Positions 20,876 through 30,585 of a DNA stretch of 64,000 nucleotides are shown piece after piece. Source of the DNA: an uncultured OCS116 cluster bacterium (lineage in GTDB: Bacteria; Pseudomonadota; Alphaproteobacteria; Rhizobiales; TMED25); assembly GCA_902633855.1 (NCBI GenBank), contig CACPHU010000004.1, positions 17,479 through 81,478 on the forward strand, read 5' to 3'. Within the stretch, counting starts at the first letter, position 1, and each line of letters opens with the position of its first letter. The notes beneath the pieces were generated by a model. The model ran no database searches and was not told the DNA's origin. It worked only from the letters and a program-made list of their open reading frames with translations. Made by a program: the position numbers and the translations under genes.

Positions 20876-21180
20876 TTGATAAAAATGATCAACTCGATCA
20901 AGTTTCCGAGAAAATCGAGGAGATTAAATCCCGTAAGAAGAAAAATGATAACACACAAAAACAAATAAGGGGGAAGCAGATATCAATTGCAATGCGGATA
21001 TCTATCGAACTCATCATTGCAGTAATCATTGGAGCTATTCTAGGATGGTATATAGATAAGTGGTTAGATACAAAACCAATTTTTTTTGTAATATTCCTCA
21101 TTCTTGGCATCATTTCAGGAATAAAAACCGCTATCACGTCCTCAAGGCAATTGTATGAAGATAATTACAATGACCATTGA
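20872..21180 (+). CDS. atpI: AtpZ/AtpI-family protein
   Basis: Two TM helices with GWYIDKWLDTKP; directly upstream of atpB. Confidence 0.85.
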   Translation: MIDKNDQLDQVSEKIEEIKSRKKKNDNTQKQIRGKQISIAMRISIELIIAVIIGAILGWYIDKWLDTKPIFFVIFLILGIISGIKTAITSSRQLYEDNYNDH

Positions 21181-21203
21181 TTCACAATTAAGTGAATTTT
21201 TTT
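21180..21203 (+). terminator. Weak hairpin plus T-tract between atpI and atpB
   Basis: ATTCAC-AATTAA-GTGAAT followed by a T run. Confidence 0.35.
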
Positions 21204-21279
21204 AGTTAAAATTGATAAAATCGCTACCAAAAACAATAAAATTTATATATATAATAATAAGAAAAAGTAAGGATATAGC

Positions 21280-22044
21280 ATGGCTGAAAAATCTGGCGCT
21301 CCAGATCCAATGCATCAATTTGAAATAGTTGAATTGGTTGAATTCAAACTATTTGATTTAAATTTGTCATTCACAAACTCCTCTTTATTTATGGTTTTTA
21401 GCGTAGCGCTAATTATATTGCTTACTCTATTTACATTTAATGGTCGTGGGACAGTTCCTACTAGAATGCAATCAATAGCAGAGCTGTCATATGAATTTGT
21501 TGGAAAGATGGTCAGAGATAATGTTGGTGATGAAGGGCAAAGATACTTCCCATTTATTTTTTGTCTATTCATGTTTGTGCTGTTTTGTAACATGCTTGGC
21601 ATGATTCCGTACACGTTCACTGTCACAAGTCATATAATTGTAACCTTTGCACTTGCGATTGTTATTTTCTTCGGAGTGACGGTAATAGGATTTGTGATGC
21701 ATGGGATCAGTTTTTTAAAATTCTTTGTGCCAAGTGGTGTTCCCAAAGCACTACTGCCCCTTTTAGTTGTAATTGAAGTAATTTCTTATTTAACAAGACC
21801 CGTAAGTTTGTCCGTGAGATTATTTGCAAATATGATGGCTGGGCATACAATGTTGAAAGTTTTTGGATTTTTCGTAGCAGGGATGTTTTTTTCAGGTAAT
21901 TTATTCATAGCACCACTTGGTGTTGCGCCATTGCTCTTTATTACGGCATTTACCGGATTAGAAATACTTGTTGCATTTTTGCAAGCATATGTATTTGCAA
22001 TTCTAACTTGTATTTATCTAAACGATGCAATACATATGCATTAA
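21280..22044 (+). CDS. atpB: ATP synthase Fo subunit a
   Basis: [37 protein letters not shown]. Confidence 0.98.
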   Translation: MAEKSGAPDPMHQFEIVELVEFKLFDLNLSFTNSSLFMVFSVALIILLTLFTFNGRGTVPTRMQSIAELSYEFVGKMVRDNVGDEGQRYFPFIFCLFMFVLFCNMLGMIPYTFTVTSHIIVTFALAIVIFFGVTVIGFVMHGISFLKFFVPSGVPKALLPLLVVIEVISYLTRPVSLSVRLFANMMAGHTMLKVFGFFVAGMFFSGNLFIAPLGVAPLLFITAFTGLEILVAFLQAYVFAILTCIYLNDAIHMH

Positions 22045-22076
22045 TTATAATTATCAATATTAAAAAGGAGAATATT

Positions 22077-22304
22077 ATGGAACCAGAAGCAGCTAAATTA
22101 ATAGGAGCAGGATTAGCAACAATTGCACTTGCCGGCGCGGGTATTGGTATTGGTACTATTTTTGGTAACTACCTGTCAGGGGCACTGAGGAATCCTTCTG
22201 CGGCTCCCGGACAATTTCCAAATCTTTTACTTGGATTCGCCCTTGCGGAAGCTACAGGTTTATTTGGGCTAGTAATAGCATTAATCCTACTCTTTGTTGT
22301 ATAA
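22077..22304 (+). CDS. atpE: ATP synthase Fo subunit c
   Basis: [31 protein letters not shown]; AAGGAG RBS before ATG 22077. Confidence 0.97.
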   Translation: MEPEAAKLIGAGLATIALAGAGIGIGTIFGNYLSGALRNPSAAPGQFPNLLLGFALAEATGLFGLVIALILLFVV

Positions 22305-22333
22305 GTTACAGCGTTATTTAAAAGAGGACTAGT

Positions 22334-22837
22334 ATGTCGAAATCAGGTATGCCTCAATTAAATACAGAATATTTTGCATCGCAAATATTTTGGTTAGTGA
22401 TCTCGTTCATCATACTCTATATTGTTATGGCTAAGTATGCCTTACCAAAAATTGCAAATGTAATTGAAACTAGAGAAGATATAGTAGCAAGAGACGTCGA
22501 AGAGGCCGAGAATTTCAAAAAGGAGTCTGAAATCACCGAACAAGGATATCTTCAGTCAATAAAAGAAGCGCAAGAAAAAGCCTCGCAATATTTATCGAAC
22601 TCAAGAAATAAACTAAATCTTCTAAACGAAGAAGAAAACAATGATTTTGAAAAGTCTAGTCGGGAACTCATGCAAAAGTTTGAGACAGAACTTGAAAAAA
22701 AGAAAAGTGCTGTTCTTGCGAACTCTGAACAGATTGCATATGACGTATCCAACGATATTATATCAAGAGTTTTTGGAGAAAACCCACTTGTCAAGGACAC
22801 ACTCAAGGATAACATAAAAAGTATGGTAAAAAGGTAA
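22334..22837 (+). CDS. ATP synthase Fo subunit b'
   Basis: GMPQL...SQIFWL N-terminus then charged coiled coil; GAGGA RBS. Confidence 0.92.
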   Translation: MSKSGMPQLNTEYFASQIFWLVISFIILYIVMAKYALPKIANVIETREDIVARDVEEAENFKKESEITEQGYLQSIKEAQEKASQYLSNSRNKLNLLNEEENNDFEKSSRELMQKFETELEKKKSAVLANSEQIAYDVSNDIISRVFGENPLVKDTLKDNIKSMVKR

Positions 22838-22850
22838 TTGGTAAAAAAAG

Positions 22851-23330
22851 ATGTTAGAAAAAGATGCAACCTGGGTAGCGATTGGATTTGTAATGTTTCT
22901 CCTACTCTTGGTTTACTTCAAAGTACCAGGGCAGATTACAAAAATTCTCGATAGTCGTGCACAGAAAATAAATGACGAGTTGGAAGAAGCCAAAAAACTC
23001 AGAGAAGAAGCGCAAACAGTTCTTGCAGAGTTTCAAAAGAAGAATAAAGAAGCCGAGAAAACAGCTAAAACAATTATAGAAGACGCAAAAAAAATTGCAA
23101 AAAACTATGAAAAAGAAGCAAAAATTAAATTAGAGGAAAGTCTTGAAAGAAAGAAAAAATTACTCGATGAAAAATTGAAGAGGGCTGAGTCAGATGCCGT
23201 AACCGCCATAAAAGAGGAAGTTAGTGAAGTTGTTTTTGAAGCGGTTAGCAAATCCATCACAACAGATAATATAAAATCTAGCTCATATGACCAGATGCTC
23301 AAGAATGGCATCAAACAAATCAGAAAATAA
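22851..23330 (+). CDS. atpF: ATP synthase Fo subunit b
   Basis: ATWVAIGF TM segment, LDSRAQKINDELEEAKKLREEA. Confidence 0.93.
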   Translation: MLEKDATWVAIGFVMFLLLLVYFKVPGQITKILDSRAQKINDELEEAKKLREEAQTVLAEFQKKNKEAEKTAKTIIEDAKKIAKNYEKEAKIKLEESLERKKKLLDEKLKRAESDAVTAIKEEVSEVVFEAVSKSITTDNIKSSSYDQMLKNGIKQIRK

Positions 23331-23338
23331 TTCTTGAT

Positions 23339-23917
23339 CTATAAATTTTTGTTAAATTCAACCTGATCTGCGGTTAGCTTAAATCCAACTAGAATTTGAT
23401 AATCGCTTGTATTTTTTGAGCGCTCAAAATTCAATTTAAAATCTTCAAGAACAAACTCAAACCTTGCCAATGTAGCCCCCTCAGGTATGCTCACATTTAT
23501 ATCAACATAGCTGCGTGAAATAACCTCTTTATTTTTATTTATAACTGCCACAAAAGCAGGTAGAGTATAGAAATTATTTTGGGCATCCTGACCAAGAGAT
23601 AAAGTTCCAATGATGAGTATATTTCCCATTGTATAATTTGGTTCAATATTACACTCATAATCAATTCTATCAATGCGGCCTCTGTAAATTATGTTCGATG
23701 CGTCATTTGATCCAAAATCTTTAAACTCAGTGATGCTGATTGCATCAGCTAGTATCATCGGCTTGGGACATGCAATCTCTTGGGCAGCATTCCTTGAAAA
23801 AGGATTTATGTTATATTTCGCAAGATCAGGCATACCAAGATTAGGCATACTAAAGTCTGATACAGTCTCGCAAGATGTTAAAAAAAATATCAGCAAAAAT
23901 GATAAAAGTTTTTTCAT
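23339..23917 (-). CDS. Conserved hypothetical lipoprotein
   Basis: Signal peptide with lipobox LTSC; CP.. and C-terminal YQILVGFKLT resemble an uncharacterised alphaproteobacterial family. Confidence 0.75.
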   Translation of the reverse strand: MKKLLSFLLIFFLTSCETVSDFSMPNLGMPDLAKYNINPFSRNAAQEIACPKPMILADAISITEFKDFGSNDASNIIYRGRIDRIDYECNIEPNYTMGNILIIGTLSLGQDAQNNFYTLPAFVAVINKNKEVISRSYVDINVSIPEGATLARFEFVLEDFKLNFERSKNTSDYQILVGFKLTADQVEFNKNL

Positions 23918-24022
23918 TTGTTATTCAAGGATTATATTTGAACAATTATGTTGATAACTATATTATTCATAATATCGTTGATAAAGCTATATAAATTTAT
24001 AAATAAAGAAATAATTAAACTA

Positions 24023-24994
24023 ATGGCTGTGTATACAAAGGTAAATTTTGCAGAAGCAAACGAGTTTCTGCAAAAATACTATTCTATAAAAGACCTTAAA
24101 GAACTAATTGAAATACCACAAGGTGTTGAAAATACGAATTATATACTGGTAACAAAAAATAAAAAATTTATATTAACCCTCTATGAAAATAGGGTCTCAT
24201 ATGGAGATTTACCTTTTTTTATCAATCTAATGGTAGCACTGAATCATAAAAATATCGAATGTCCAAATCCTGTAAAAATGAAAAATGGAAGTTATACAGA
24301 ATTATTGAATAATAAACACGCGGCAATTTTTAGTTTCTTACCTGGTAAATCAACTATAGCCATTAAAAATGAGCACTGCTTTCTAGTTGGTCAGACGCTT
24401 GCAAATATTCATCTCAAAACAACTGATTTGAGTTTATATAGAGAAAATACATTATCAATAAAGTACTGGTCAGACCTTTTAAACTTGATCAATAAAACAC
24501 CCAGAGATACTGATGATAAATTGTATATGGATATATCAAATGAGTACGATTTTTTGATGAATAATTGGCCAAGTGATCTTCCAAGGGGTATTATTCACGG
24601 CGATCTTTTCCCTGATAATATTTTCTTCCAGAATAATAAGCTGACCGGCGTAATTGACTTCTATTTTGCATGTGATGAATTCTATATATTTGATATAGCA
24701 ATCTGTATTAACGCTTGGTGTTTTGAGAGTGACTACTCATTTAATATTACAAAAGCCTCACACTTACTAAAGGGCTATACATCGCTGAAAAATTTAACTG
24801 AAAATGAGGTTCAATTCCTACCTATTATGTGTCGTGGTAGTGCATTAAGATTCCTGCTAACACGTCTTGTTGATTGGAATAAAAGGGATGAAAACGTTCT
24901 TGTTACGCCAAAAGATCCGAGTGAGTATTATAATAAACTGCAATTTCATCAATCAGTAACAAGTTCAACGGATTATGGAATCTATGATAAATAA
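24023..24994 (+). CDS. thrB: Homoserine kinase, type II (APH-like fold)
   Basis: MAVYT start, GVENTNY, LTLYE, IHGDLFPDN, IDFYFAC, RFLLTRL. Confidence 0.95.
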   Translation: MAVYTKVNFAEANEFLQKYYSIKDLKELIEIPQGVENTNYILVTKNKKFILTLYENRVSYGDLPFFINLMVALNHKNIECPNPVKMKNGSYTELLNNKHAAIFSFLPGKSTIAIKNEHCFLVGQTLANIHLKTTDLSLYRENTLSIKYWSDLLNLINKTPRDTDDKLYMDISNEYDFLMNNWPSDLPRGIIHGDLFPDNIFFQNNKLTGVIDFYFACDEFYIFDIAICINAWCFESDYSFNITKASHLLKGYTSLKNLTENEVQFLPIMCRGSALRFLLTRLVDWNKRDENVLVTPKDPSEYYNKLQFHQSVTSSTDYGIYDK

Positions 24995-25430
24995 GGTGAT
25001 AATTTATACAGACGGTGCCTGCTCAGGTAATCCTGGATATGGTGGGTGGGGAGCTTATCTAATATATGAAAATAATAAAAAAAAGATTTCAGGATCCGAA
25101 GTAAACACAACAAATAATAGAATGGAGCTAAGAGCTGCAATTGAAGGTTTAAATGCCCTAAAAAGACCATGCAAAGTTATGCTTTACACTGACTCAGTGT
25201 ATTTAAAAGATGGCATTACAAAATGGATTATAAAATGGGAGAAAAATAATTGGAAGAATGCCAATAAGAAAGAAGTAAAAAATAAAGATCTATGGATTAA
25301 ATTACTTGATGCGGTAAAGATTCATCAGATTGAATGGAACTGGGTCAAAGGTCACGAGGGAAATGAAGGAAACGAAATAGCTGATAAATTGGCAACACAA
25401 GCTATATTAGATGCCAAAATTAATCAATAA
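24984..25430 (+). CDS. rnhA: Ribonuclease HI
   Basis: YTDGACSGNPG, TTNNRMEL, WVKGH, NEIADKLA. Confidence 0.97.
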   Translation: MINKVIIYTDGACSGNPGYGGWGAYLIYENNKKKISGSEVNTTNNRMELRAAIEGLNALKRPCKVMLYTDSVYLKDGITKWIIKWEKNNWKNANKKEVKNKDLWIKLLDAVKIHQIEWNWVKGHEGNEGNEIADKLATQAILDAKINQ

Positions 25431-26259
25431 TAAAATCCTCTATAAAGAATTCCACATCATTTAAGATAACTACGGAGAAACTTTCGCTACTAATTTTTTC
25501 AGTTTTCATTTTTCGGGTAAGTAAGAAATTATAGTTTATATAGGAATCCTTGATATCCTCAATATCCGAAAGAAAAAATTTTTTAGAAGTCATGGGGTAT
25601 ATTCTTCTTATTGGTTTCGAAAATATCAGATTTATAATTTCACTATTATTTGATTGTTGGAGTCGAGCTGTATTGATAAAGTTTGTGCCATCATCTCTAT
25701 AAAATGGGGTATTTTTAAGAGCCTCTTGAATTCCTCTATTTGATTTTTTTCTGTAATAATCTTGGCTATCAAGCATCGGTATTTTAATCTTACCATCAAT
25801 TGGTATACATATGCTGTTACATACTCCTAAATTATAGCTTAAATATAGATCTATATTCTCCCTTGTATCTGGTAAGGAAATTTTAATCGGTATTACAATA
25901 TTTCCATAATAACCATAGTTTGTTCCATATTGGTCTTTGATCATCTCAGGAAGCGGCCATAGGACCTCATAGTTTATTGCATTATTTGTACTTATTTTTA
26001 TGTCAGGCTCTATGCCACTATCGCCAGGATTTGACCAGTAAGTATATGTATTATCGCTTAAGTTAATTTCAAAGCCGATGTATAAATTATCATTTTTAAA
26101 CTCAGACATAATTACTCGCATTTCTGAATTGATATTCTCATGCCAATCAGTTTGCATTGGCGTATTGACGCTTCTATTCAAGATAGCGAGAGTAATTAAA
26201 AGTAAAAAAAATAATGATCCAAATATTGGACTTTGATGCTTAAGTTTTGCGTCGGTCAT
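25420..26259 (-). CDS. DsbD N-terminal-like domain protein
   Basis: TYWSNPGDSGIEP, WPLP, GVCNSICIP motifs; N-terminal hydrophobic segment. Confidence 0.85.
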   Translation of the reverse strand: MTDAKLKHQSPIFGSLFFLLLITLAILNRSVNTPMQTDWHENINSEMRVIMSEFKNDNLYIGFEINLSDNTYTYWSNPGDSGIEPDIKISTNNAINYEVLWPLPEMIKDQYGTNYGYYGNIVIPIKISLPDTRENIDLYLSYNLGVCNSICIPIDGKIKIPMLDSQDYYRKKSNRGIQEALKNTPFYRDDGTNFINTARLQQSNNSEIINLIFSKPIRRIYPMTSKKFFLSDIEDIKDSYINYNFLLTRKMKTEKISSESFSVVILNDVEFFIEDFIID

Positions 26260-26815
26260 TATAAATCTTTTTCCTTAATGAAAATAAGATGTGGTCTTCC
26301 CATCTTCCATTAATCCTTAAATAATCTTTAGCATACCCCTCCTCGTCGAACCCAAGCCTCTCTAGTAAGCTCTTTGAGGCAATATTATTTGGTACACACG
26401 CAGCTTCAACTCGGTTAAAGTTAAAATCATTGAATAGATGCCGTAATAATAAAATAAGTGATTTTGTCATGTAACCTTGATTAGAATGCACTTCCCCTAT
26501 CCAATAACCAATTGTGCAACTTTGAGATACACCTTTTTTTATATTAAATACATTAATTCCTCCCAATAAATCATTTTTTTTATTAAAAATAAAATAAGAG
26601 TACTGTGTATTATTTTTTCTTTTTTGTGAATATATTGACAGTAGCTTTAGGTATCTTTTCAGACTATGCTCTCCTGGGTACCAAGTTGGCTCCCAAGGCG
26701 TAAGAAACGCTTTACTGGACTCCCTAATGCTTCTCCATTTTTTATAATCAACCAATCTCGGGTACCTGAGAAAGATATCTTCTGAACATAAATTATTTTT
26801 AGTATCCTTAATAAT
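26240..26815 (-). CDS. rimJ: GNAT N-acetyltransferase, RimJ/RimL family (start uncertain, probably upstream of TTG 26755)
   Basis: FLTPWEP, IGYWIG, RVEAAC, GF..EGYA..YLRINGRWEDH; frame open upstream (IFLRYPRLVDY) to TGA at 26822-26824. Confidence 0.85.
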   Translation of the reverse strand: MIKDTKNNLCSEDIFLRYPRLVDYKKWRSIRESSKAFLTPWEPTWYPGEHSLKRYLKLLSIYSQKRKNNTQYSYFIFNKKNDLLGGINVFNIKKGVSQSCTIGYWIGEVHSNQGYMTKSLILLLRHLFNDFNFNRVEAACVPNNIASKSLLERLGFDEEGYAKDYLRINGRWEDHILFSLRKKIYNDRRKT

Positions 26816-26832
26816 TTTTACTCACCCAATCA

Positions 26833-28104
26833 TTAGCGGTAAAATTTTTGTATGGCATCTTGATCTGATAATTTTGAGATTGCACCAAGTGCGCTTATTG
26901 TAAGTTTTTTGGATTTAAAAGTTTTTGATACAAAATTAGTTATATGTTCTTTTTCTATGGAGTCAATTCTATCGAGTGTTTCACTTATATCAATAATCCT
27001 ATCATAAATTGATATTTGTCTTGCAATTTGATTCATTCTTGCAACTGGGCTCTCTGATGACATAAGTAATCCGGCTTTTAATTGCTTCTTTGCTTTATCA
27101 ATTTCTTGATCAGTTATACTTTTTTCACTATTTAAAATTTCATTGGCCACAGCCTCACTGTACTCATTGACCTTGTCCGGGGAGGTTGCCGAGTAAATAC
27201 CGAAAATGCCTGTATCTTTATAACTTGATGAGAAAGAAAAGACAGAATATGCCAATCCACGGTTTTCTCTTATATTCTGAAATAACCGAGAGGACATCCC
27301 CCCACCAAGCATATTTGAGAAGAGGTGAGCTACGTAAAGATCATCATCATGGTAAGAACAACCCTCAAATGCATAAATTATATGAGCCTGCTCTATATCC
27401 CGACTCTCTCTTATTTGACTGGGTTTATATTCTGCTTTTATAGTCAACGGTGTGTTACCAGCTTTAGTGGGCTCGAAATACATTTCACAAAGATTATGTA
27501 GTTGATTATGGTCTACAGAACCTGTTGCAACTATTGTTAGGTTATTTGAGTGATAAAATTTGTTTAAATAAGACATCAAATCATCTGATTTTATATTGAT
27601 TAAAGTCTCCCTATTTCCAAGTATGGACCTTCCAATTGCCTGACCTTGGTAAGCTGCGCTTTGAAAATTTTCAAATACACTATCATCTGGTGAGTCCCTG
27701 TAAGAAGCGAGCTCCTGAAATATGACATGCTTCTCTTTGTCCAATTCCATCGGATCAAATATGGAATTTTGCATTATGTCTGATAATATTGAAATGCCAA
27801 TTTCTATATCATTTTTAAGCATCCGTACAAAATAAGAGGTCCTCTCAACGCTTGTTGCAGCATTTATATCACCACCAAGGTTCTCAATTTCCATTGCGAT
27901 TTCTTTGGCTGTTCTAGACTTGGTTCCTTTAAAAGCCATGTGCTCTAGTAAGTGTGATATTCCCTGCTCACTTTCTAATTCATTTCTTGAGCCAACTTCT
28001 GCCCAAATACCGAGCGAAACCGAGCTAAAATTCGGCATATTTTGTGATATTACCCTGATACCGTTACTTATTTTACTTTCTGTTATTATCATCTCGTTAC
28101 TCAC
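26833..28104 (-). CDS. M16-family zinc peptidase
   Basis: HLLEHMAFKGT (HxxEH), LGGGMSSRLFQ.IRE.RGLAY. Confidence 0.95.
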   Translation of the reverse strand: MSNEMIITESKISNGIRVISQNMPNFSSVSLGIWAEVGSRNELESEQGISHLLEHMAFKGTKSRTAKEIAMEIENLGGDINAATSVERTSYFVRMLKNDIEIGISILSDIMQNSIFDPMELDKEKHVIFQELASYRDSPDDSVFENFQSAAYQGQAIGRSILGNRETLINIKSDDLMSYLNKFYHSNNLTIVATGSVDHNQLHNLCEMYFEPTKAGNTPLTIKAEYKPSQIRESRDIEQAHIIYAFEGCSYHDDDLYVAHLFSNMLGGGMSSRLFQNIRENRGLAYSVFSFSSSYKDTGIFGIYSATSPDKVNEYSEAVANEILNSEKSITDQEIDKAKKQLKAGLLMSSESPVARMNQIARQISIYDRIIDISETLDRIDSIEKEHITNFVSKTFKSKKLTISALGAISKLSDQDAIQKFYR

Positions 28105-29482
28105 TAAAATTTTTTGTTATAAATGCATTAATATCCCCCACATCATTCGGTAGATCAATAATATTTTCATGCAGCTTATAGATATCTTCAGATATATTTG
28201 GGAGTTCTGGATTAATTCCAATCGCCTTCATAACAGTATCTGGAAATTTTGCGGCATGAGCAGTTGATAGTACAATTGAATTTTTATAACTATTTTTATA
28301 GTGAACACCAACGGCAATTGCAGTATGGGGATCAATAATTTGATGTGATCTATTATAAATATCTTTTATTATTTTAACTGTTTCATCTTGATCAAGCGAT
28401 CCGGCATCGAAATTATTTTTAAAAGACTCCAGCTCTGATTTGCTAAGCTCAAACTTACCATTTTCCTTTAATTCACTCATTTTTTTTTTGACTACTCTTG
28501 GACTCATATCCAATAAATCAAAAAGAAGCCTCTCAAAATTACTTGATATTTGAATATCCATTGATGGGGAGTTTGTCTGTATGGAGTCAAAAGCTTCATA
28601 CTTGCCTGTTTTTAGACACCTTTCTAGAATATTATTAACATTCGTAGCAATAACTAGCTTTTGGATTGGCAGACCCATTTTTTTCGCAATGTAACCTGCA
28701 AATATATCTCCAAAATTACCAGTTGGAACTATAAAATTTATATTCTTTTCTAATCTCTTGTATTGTGAGAAGGCGCTAAAATAATAGACTATTTGTATCA
28801 TTATCCTTGCCCAGTTTATTGAATTAACTGCCGTCAAACTAACATTTTTTGCAAAATATCTGTCACTAAATAAAGTTTTAACAATATTCTGGCAATCATC
28901 AAAATTGCCATTAATCGATATTACTTTTATATTTTCAGCCTTGACGGTTGACATAAACCTTCTTTGGACTTCAGATATTCTGCCTTTTGGATATAAAACA
29001 AATAGTTTGATATTTTTTTTATTTGCGAATGAAGTTACCGCTGCACCCCCCGTGTCACCAGATGTTGCACATATTATGGAGGCTTTAGAATTCGTGCGAG
29101 ATAGTACCTCTTCAATCATGCGTGATAACAATTGCATTGCCAAATCTTTAAATGCAAGAGTTGGGCCATGAAATAATTCTAATATCGATAATGAGCCATC
29201 AAATTCTGTCAATGGTGTTACAAAATTACTCCTGAATGATTTATAGGAGTCATGAATCATTCTCTTAAGCAGGTCACTTGTAAATGTTTCTCCTGTAAAT
29301 TGTTTTATAATTTCGTATGCAATAGTTTCGTAGTCAGAACATAGCAACCTATTTATATCATTTTCGGTAAATATCGGAGTTTGCTCTGGAATATACAAAC
29401 CTCCGTCCTCTGCAAGGCCATTCAGAATTATTTCTTCAAAGGTGAACTTCTTATCGGTATCTCGTGTACTAAAATAAAGCAT
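28097..29482 (-). CDS. thrC: Threonine synthase
   Basis: YFSTR, GLAEDGGLY, ELFHGPTLAFKD (PLP Lys), NSINWARI, VPTGNFG. Confidence 0.97.
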   Translation of the reverse strand: MLYFSTRDTDKKFTFEEIILNGLAEDGGLYIPEQTPIFTENDINRLLCSDYETIAYEIIKQFTGETFTSDLLKRMIHDSYKSFRSNFVTPLTEFDGSLSILELFHGPTLAFKDLAMQLLSRMIEEVLSRTNSKASIICATSGDTGGAAVTSFANKKNIKLFVLYPKGRISEVQRRFMSTVKAENIKVISINGNFDDCQNIVKTLFSDRYFAKNVSLTAVNSINWARIMIQIVYYFSAFSQYKRLEKNINFIVPTGNFGDIFAGYIAKKMGLPIQKLVIATNVNNILERCLKTGKYEAFDSIQTNSPSMDIQISSNFERLLFDLLDMSPRVVKKKMSELKENGKFELSKSELESFKNNFDAGSLDQDETVKIIKDIYNRSHQIIDPHTAIAVGVHYKNSYKNSIVLSTAHAAKFPDTVMKAIGINPELPNISEDIYKLHENIIDLPNDVGDINAFITKNFSE

Positions 29483-30201
29483 TATGAGTCAAATTTTTTG
29501 CGTCTGAATATTGAATAAAAATATATAAATAATAAGGCTGTTGCAAGACCATACCATGTTATTGCATAGGAAAGATGATTATTTGGAAACTTTAGTTGGG
29601 TTTCGTTTGACTGGGGTAATGAATTATATTCATCAACCTGATCAATAAAATAGGGCTCAATTTTTTTAATACGAAACAATTTTTTTATATCATTCTTTTC
29701 AAATAAATATAAGATCCTATCTTCTATATTTTTATCAGGGGTAAATATATTTTCTTTTTCAAACTTTCTTACATATCCCGTCACTATATTTTCTTTGTAT
29801 TTATTAGCACTTGACGAAAACTGATCATATATATTTTGCGGAATAAAGCCACGGTTTATGATTATTATGTTTCCTTCGTCAGATTTAAAAGGACTAAGTA
29901 CCCAATATCCTGCACCCCCAAACTTTCCACGTGGGTCTGATAGATGCGTAAAAACAAATATATTTTCTTGGCTAATAAAATCACCATGAATTTTAATTTT
30001 GCGATAAAGCCAATCATCTAAGTTACTATTATCTATATTTGCATCTTTAAGATCCGTTATGTCTTCGCTCACTCTTTGTATTTTTTTTAGTAAATCATTT
30101 TTTTGCCCAAGCCGGTCAATCTGCCATGTACCGAGCATCATTAATGTAAAAAATGCAAAAATTGTAACTAAATTAATAAATATATATTTAAAATTTAACA
30201 T
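29482..30201 (-). CDS. SURF1/Shy1 cytochrome oxidase assembly protein
   Basis: LGTWQIDR, INRGF, NNHLSYAITWY. Confidence 0.93.
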   Translation of the reverse strand: MLNFKYIFINLVTIFAFFTLMMLGTWQIDRLGQKNDLLKKIQRVSEDITDLKDANIDNSNLDDWLYRKIKIHGDFISQENIFVFTHLSDPRGKFGGAGYWVLSPFKSDEGNIIIINRGFIPQNIYDQFSSSANKYKENIVTGYVRKFEKENIFTPDKNIEDRILYLFEKNDIKKLFRIKKIEPYFIDQVDEYNSLPQSNETQLKFPNNHLSYAITWYGLATALLFIYFYSIFRRKKFDS

Positions 30202-30566
30202 TTTAGACTTTTACTTTTTTGTCTTAATTTGATATGTGACATATAAAAAAAACTTTTTATTGGTCTGGCTATTAACAACGAGCATACAACAGTTAGGGGC
30301 AATAAAAAAATAAAGAGCAAATATATATCTGGTTTATAATTTAGCTCTAAAAAAATAATACCGGATAGCATGATAATACCAACAATTAAAATTACAAAAA
30401 AACTATCAGCATCCCCAATTTGATATTCAGAATAATTCAATAAACACCCATTGCACTCTTTCTTAATTATAAATAGATTTCTAAATATGCTTAATTTCTG
30501 ACAGGAAGGGCATTTTCCTAAAATAATTATTTTGAGTAAGTTAAGTATTTTAGATATTTGGAGCAA
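30195..30566 (-). CDS. DUF983-family membrane protein
   Basis: CPSC...CNGC Cys pairs, GDA motif, two TM helices; usual slot between cox3 and SURF1. Confidence 0.82.
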   Translation of the reverse strand: MLQISKILNLLKIIILGKCPSCQKLSIFRNLFIIKKECNGCLLNYSEYQIGDADSFFVILIVGIIMLSGIIFLELNYKPDIYLLFIFLLPLTVVCSLLIARPIKSFFYMSHIKLRQKSKSLKC

Positions 30567-30585
30567 TTATAATAAAGCTGGGAGA

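Noticed and set aside
26822-26824. Genome-wide UGA recoding as an explanation for the in-frame TGA before rimJ
   Set aside because: TGA serves as the normal stop at expected ends of nadB, ppdK, glyQ and smc, and conserved Trp codons are TGG
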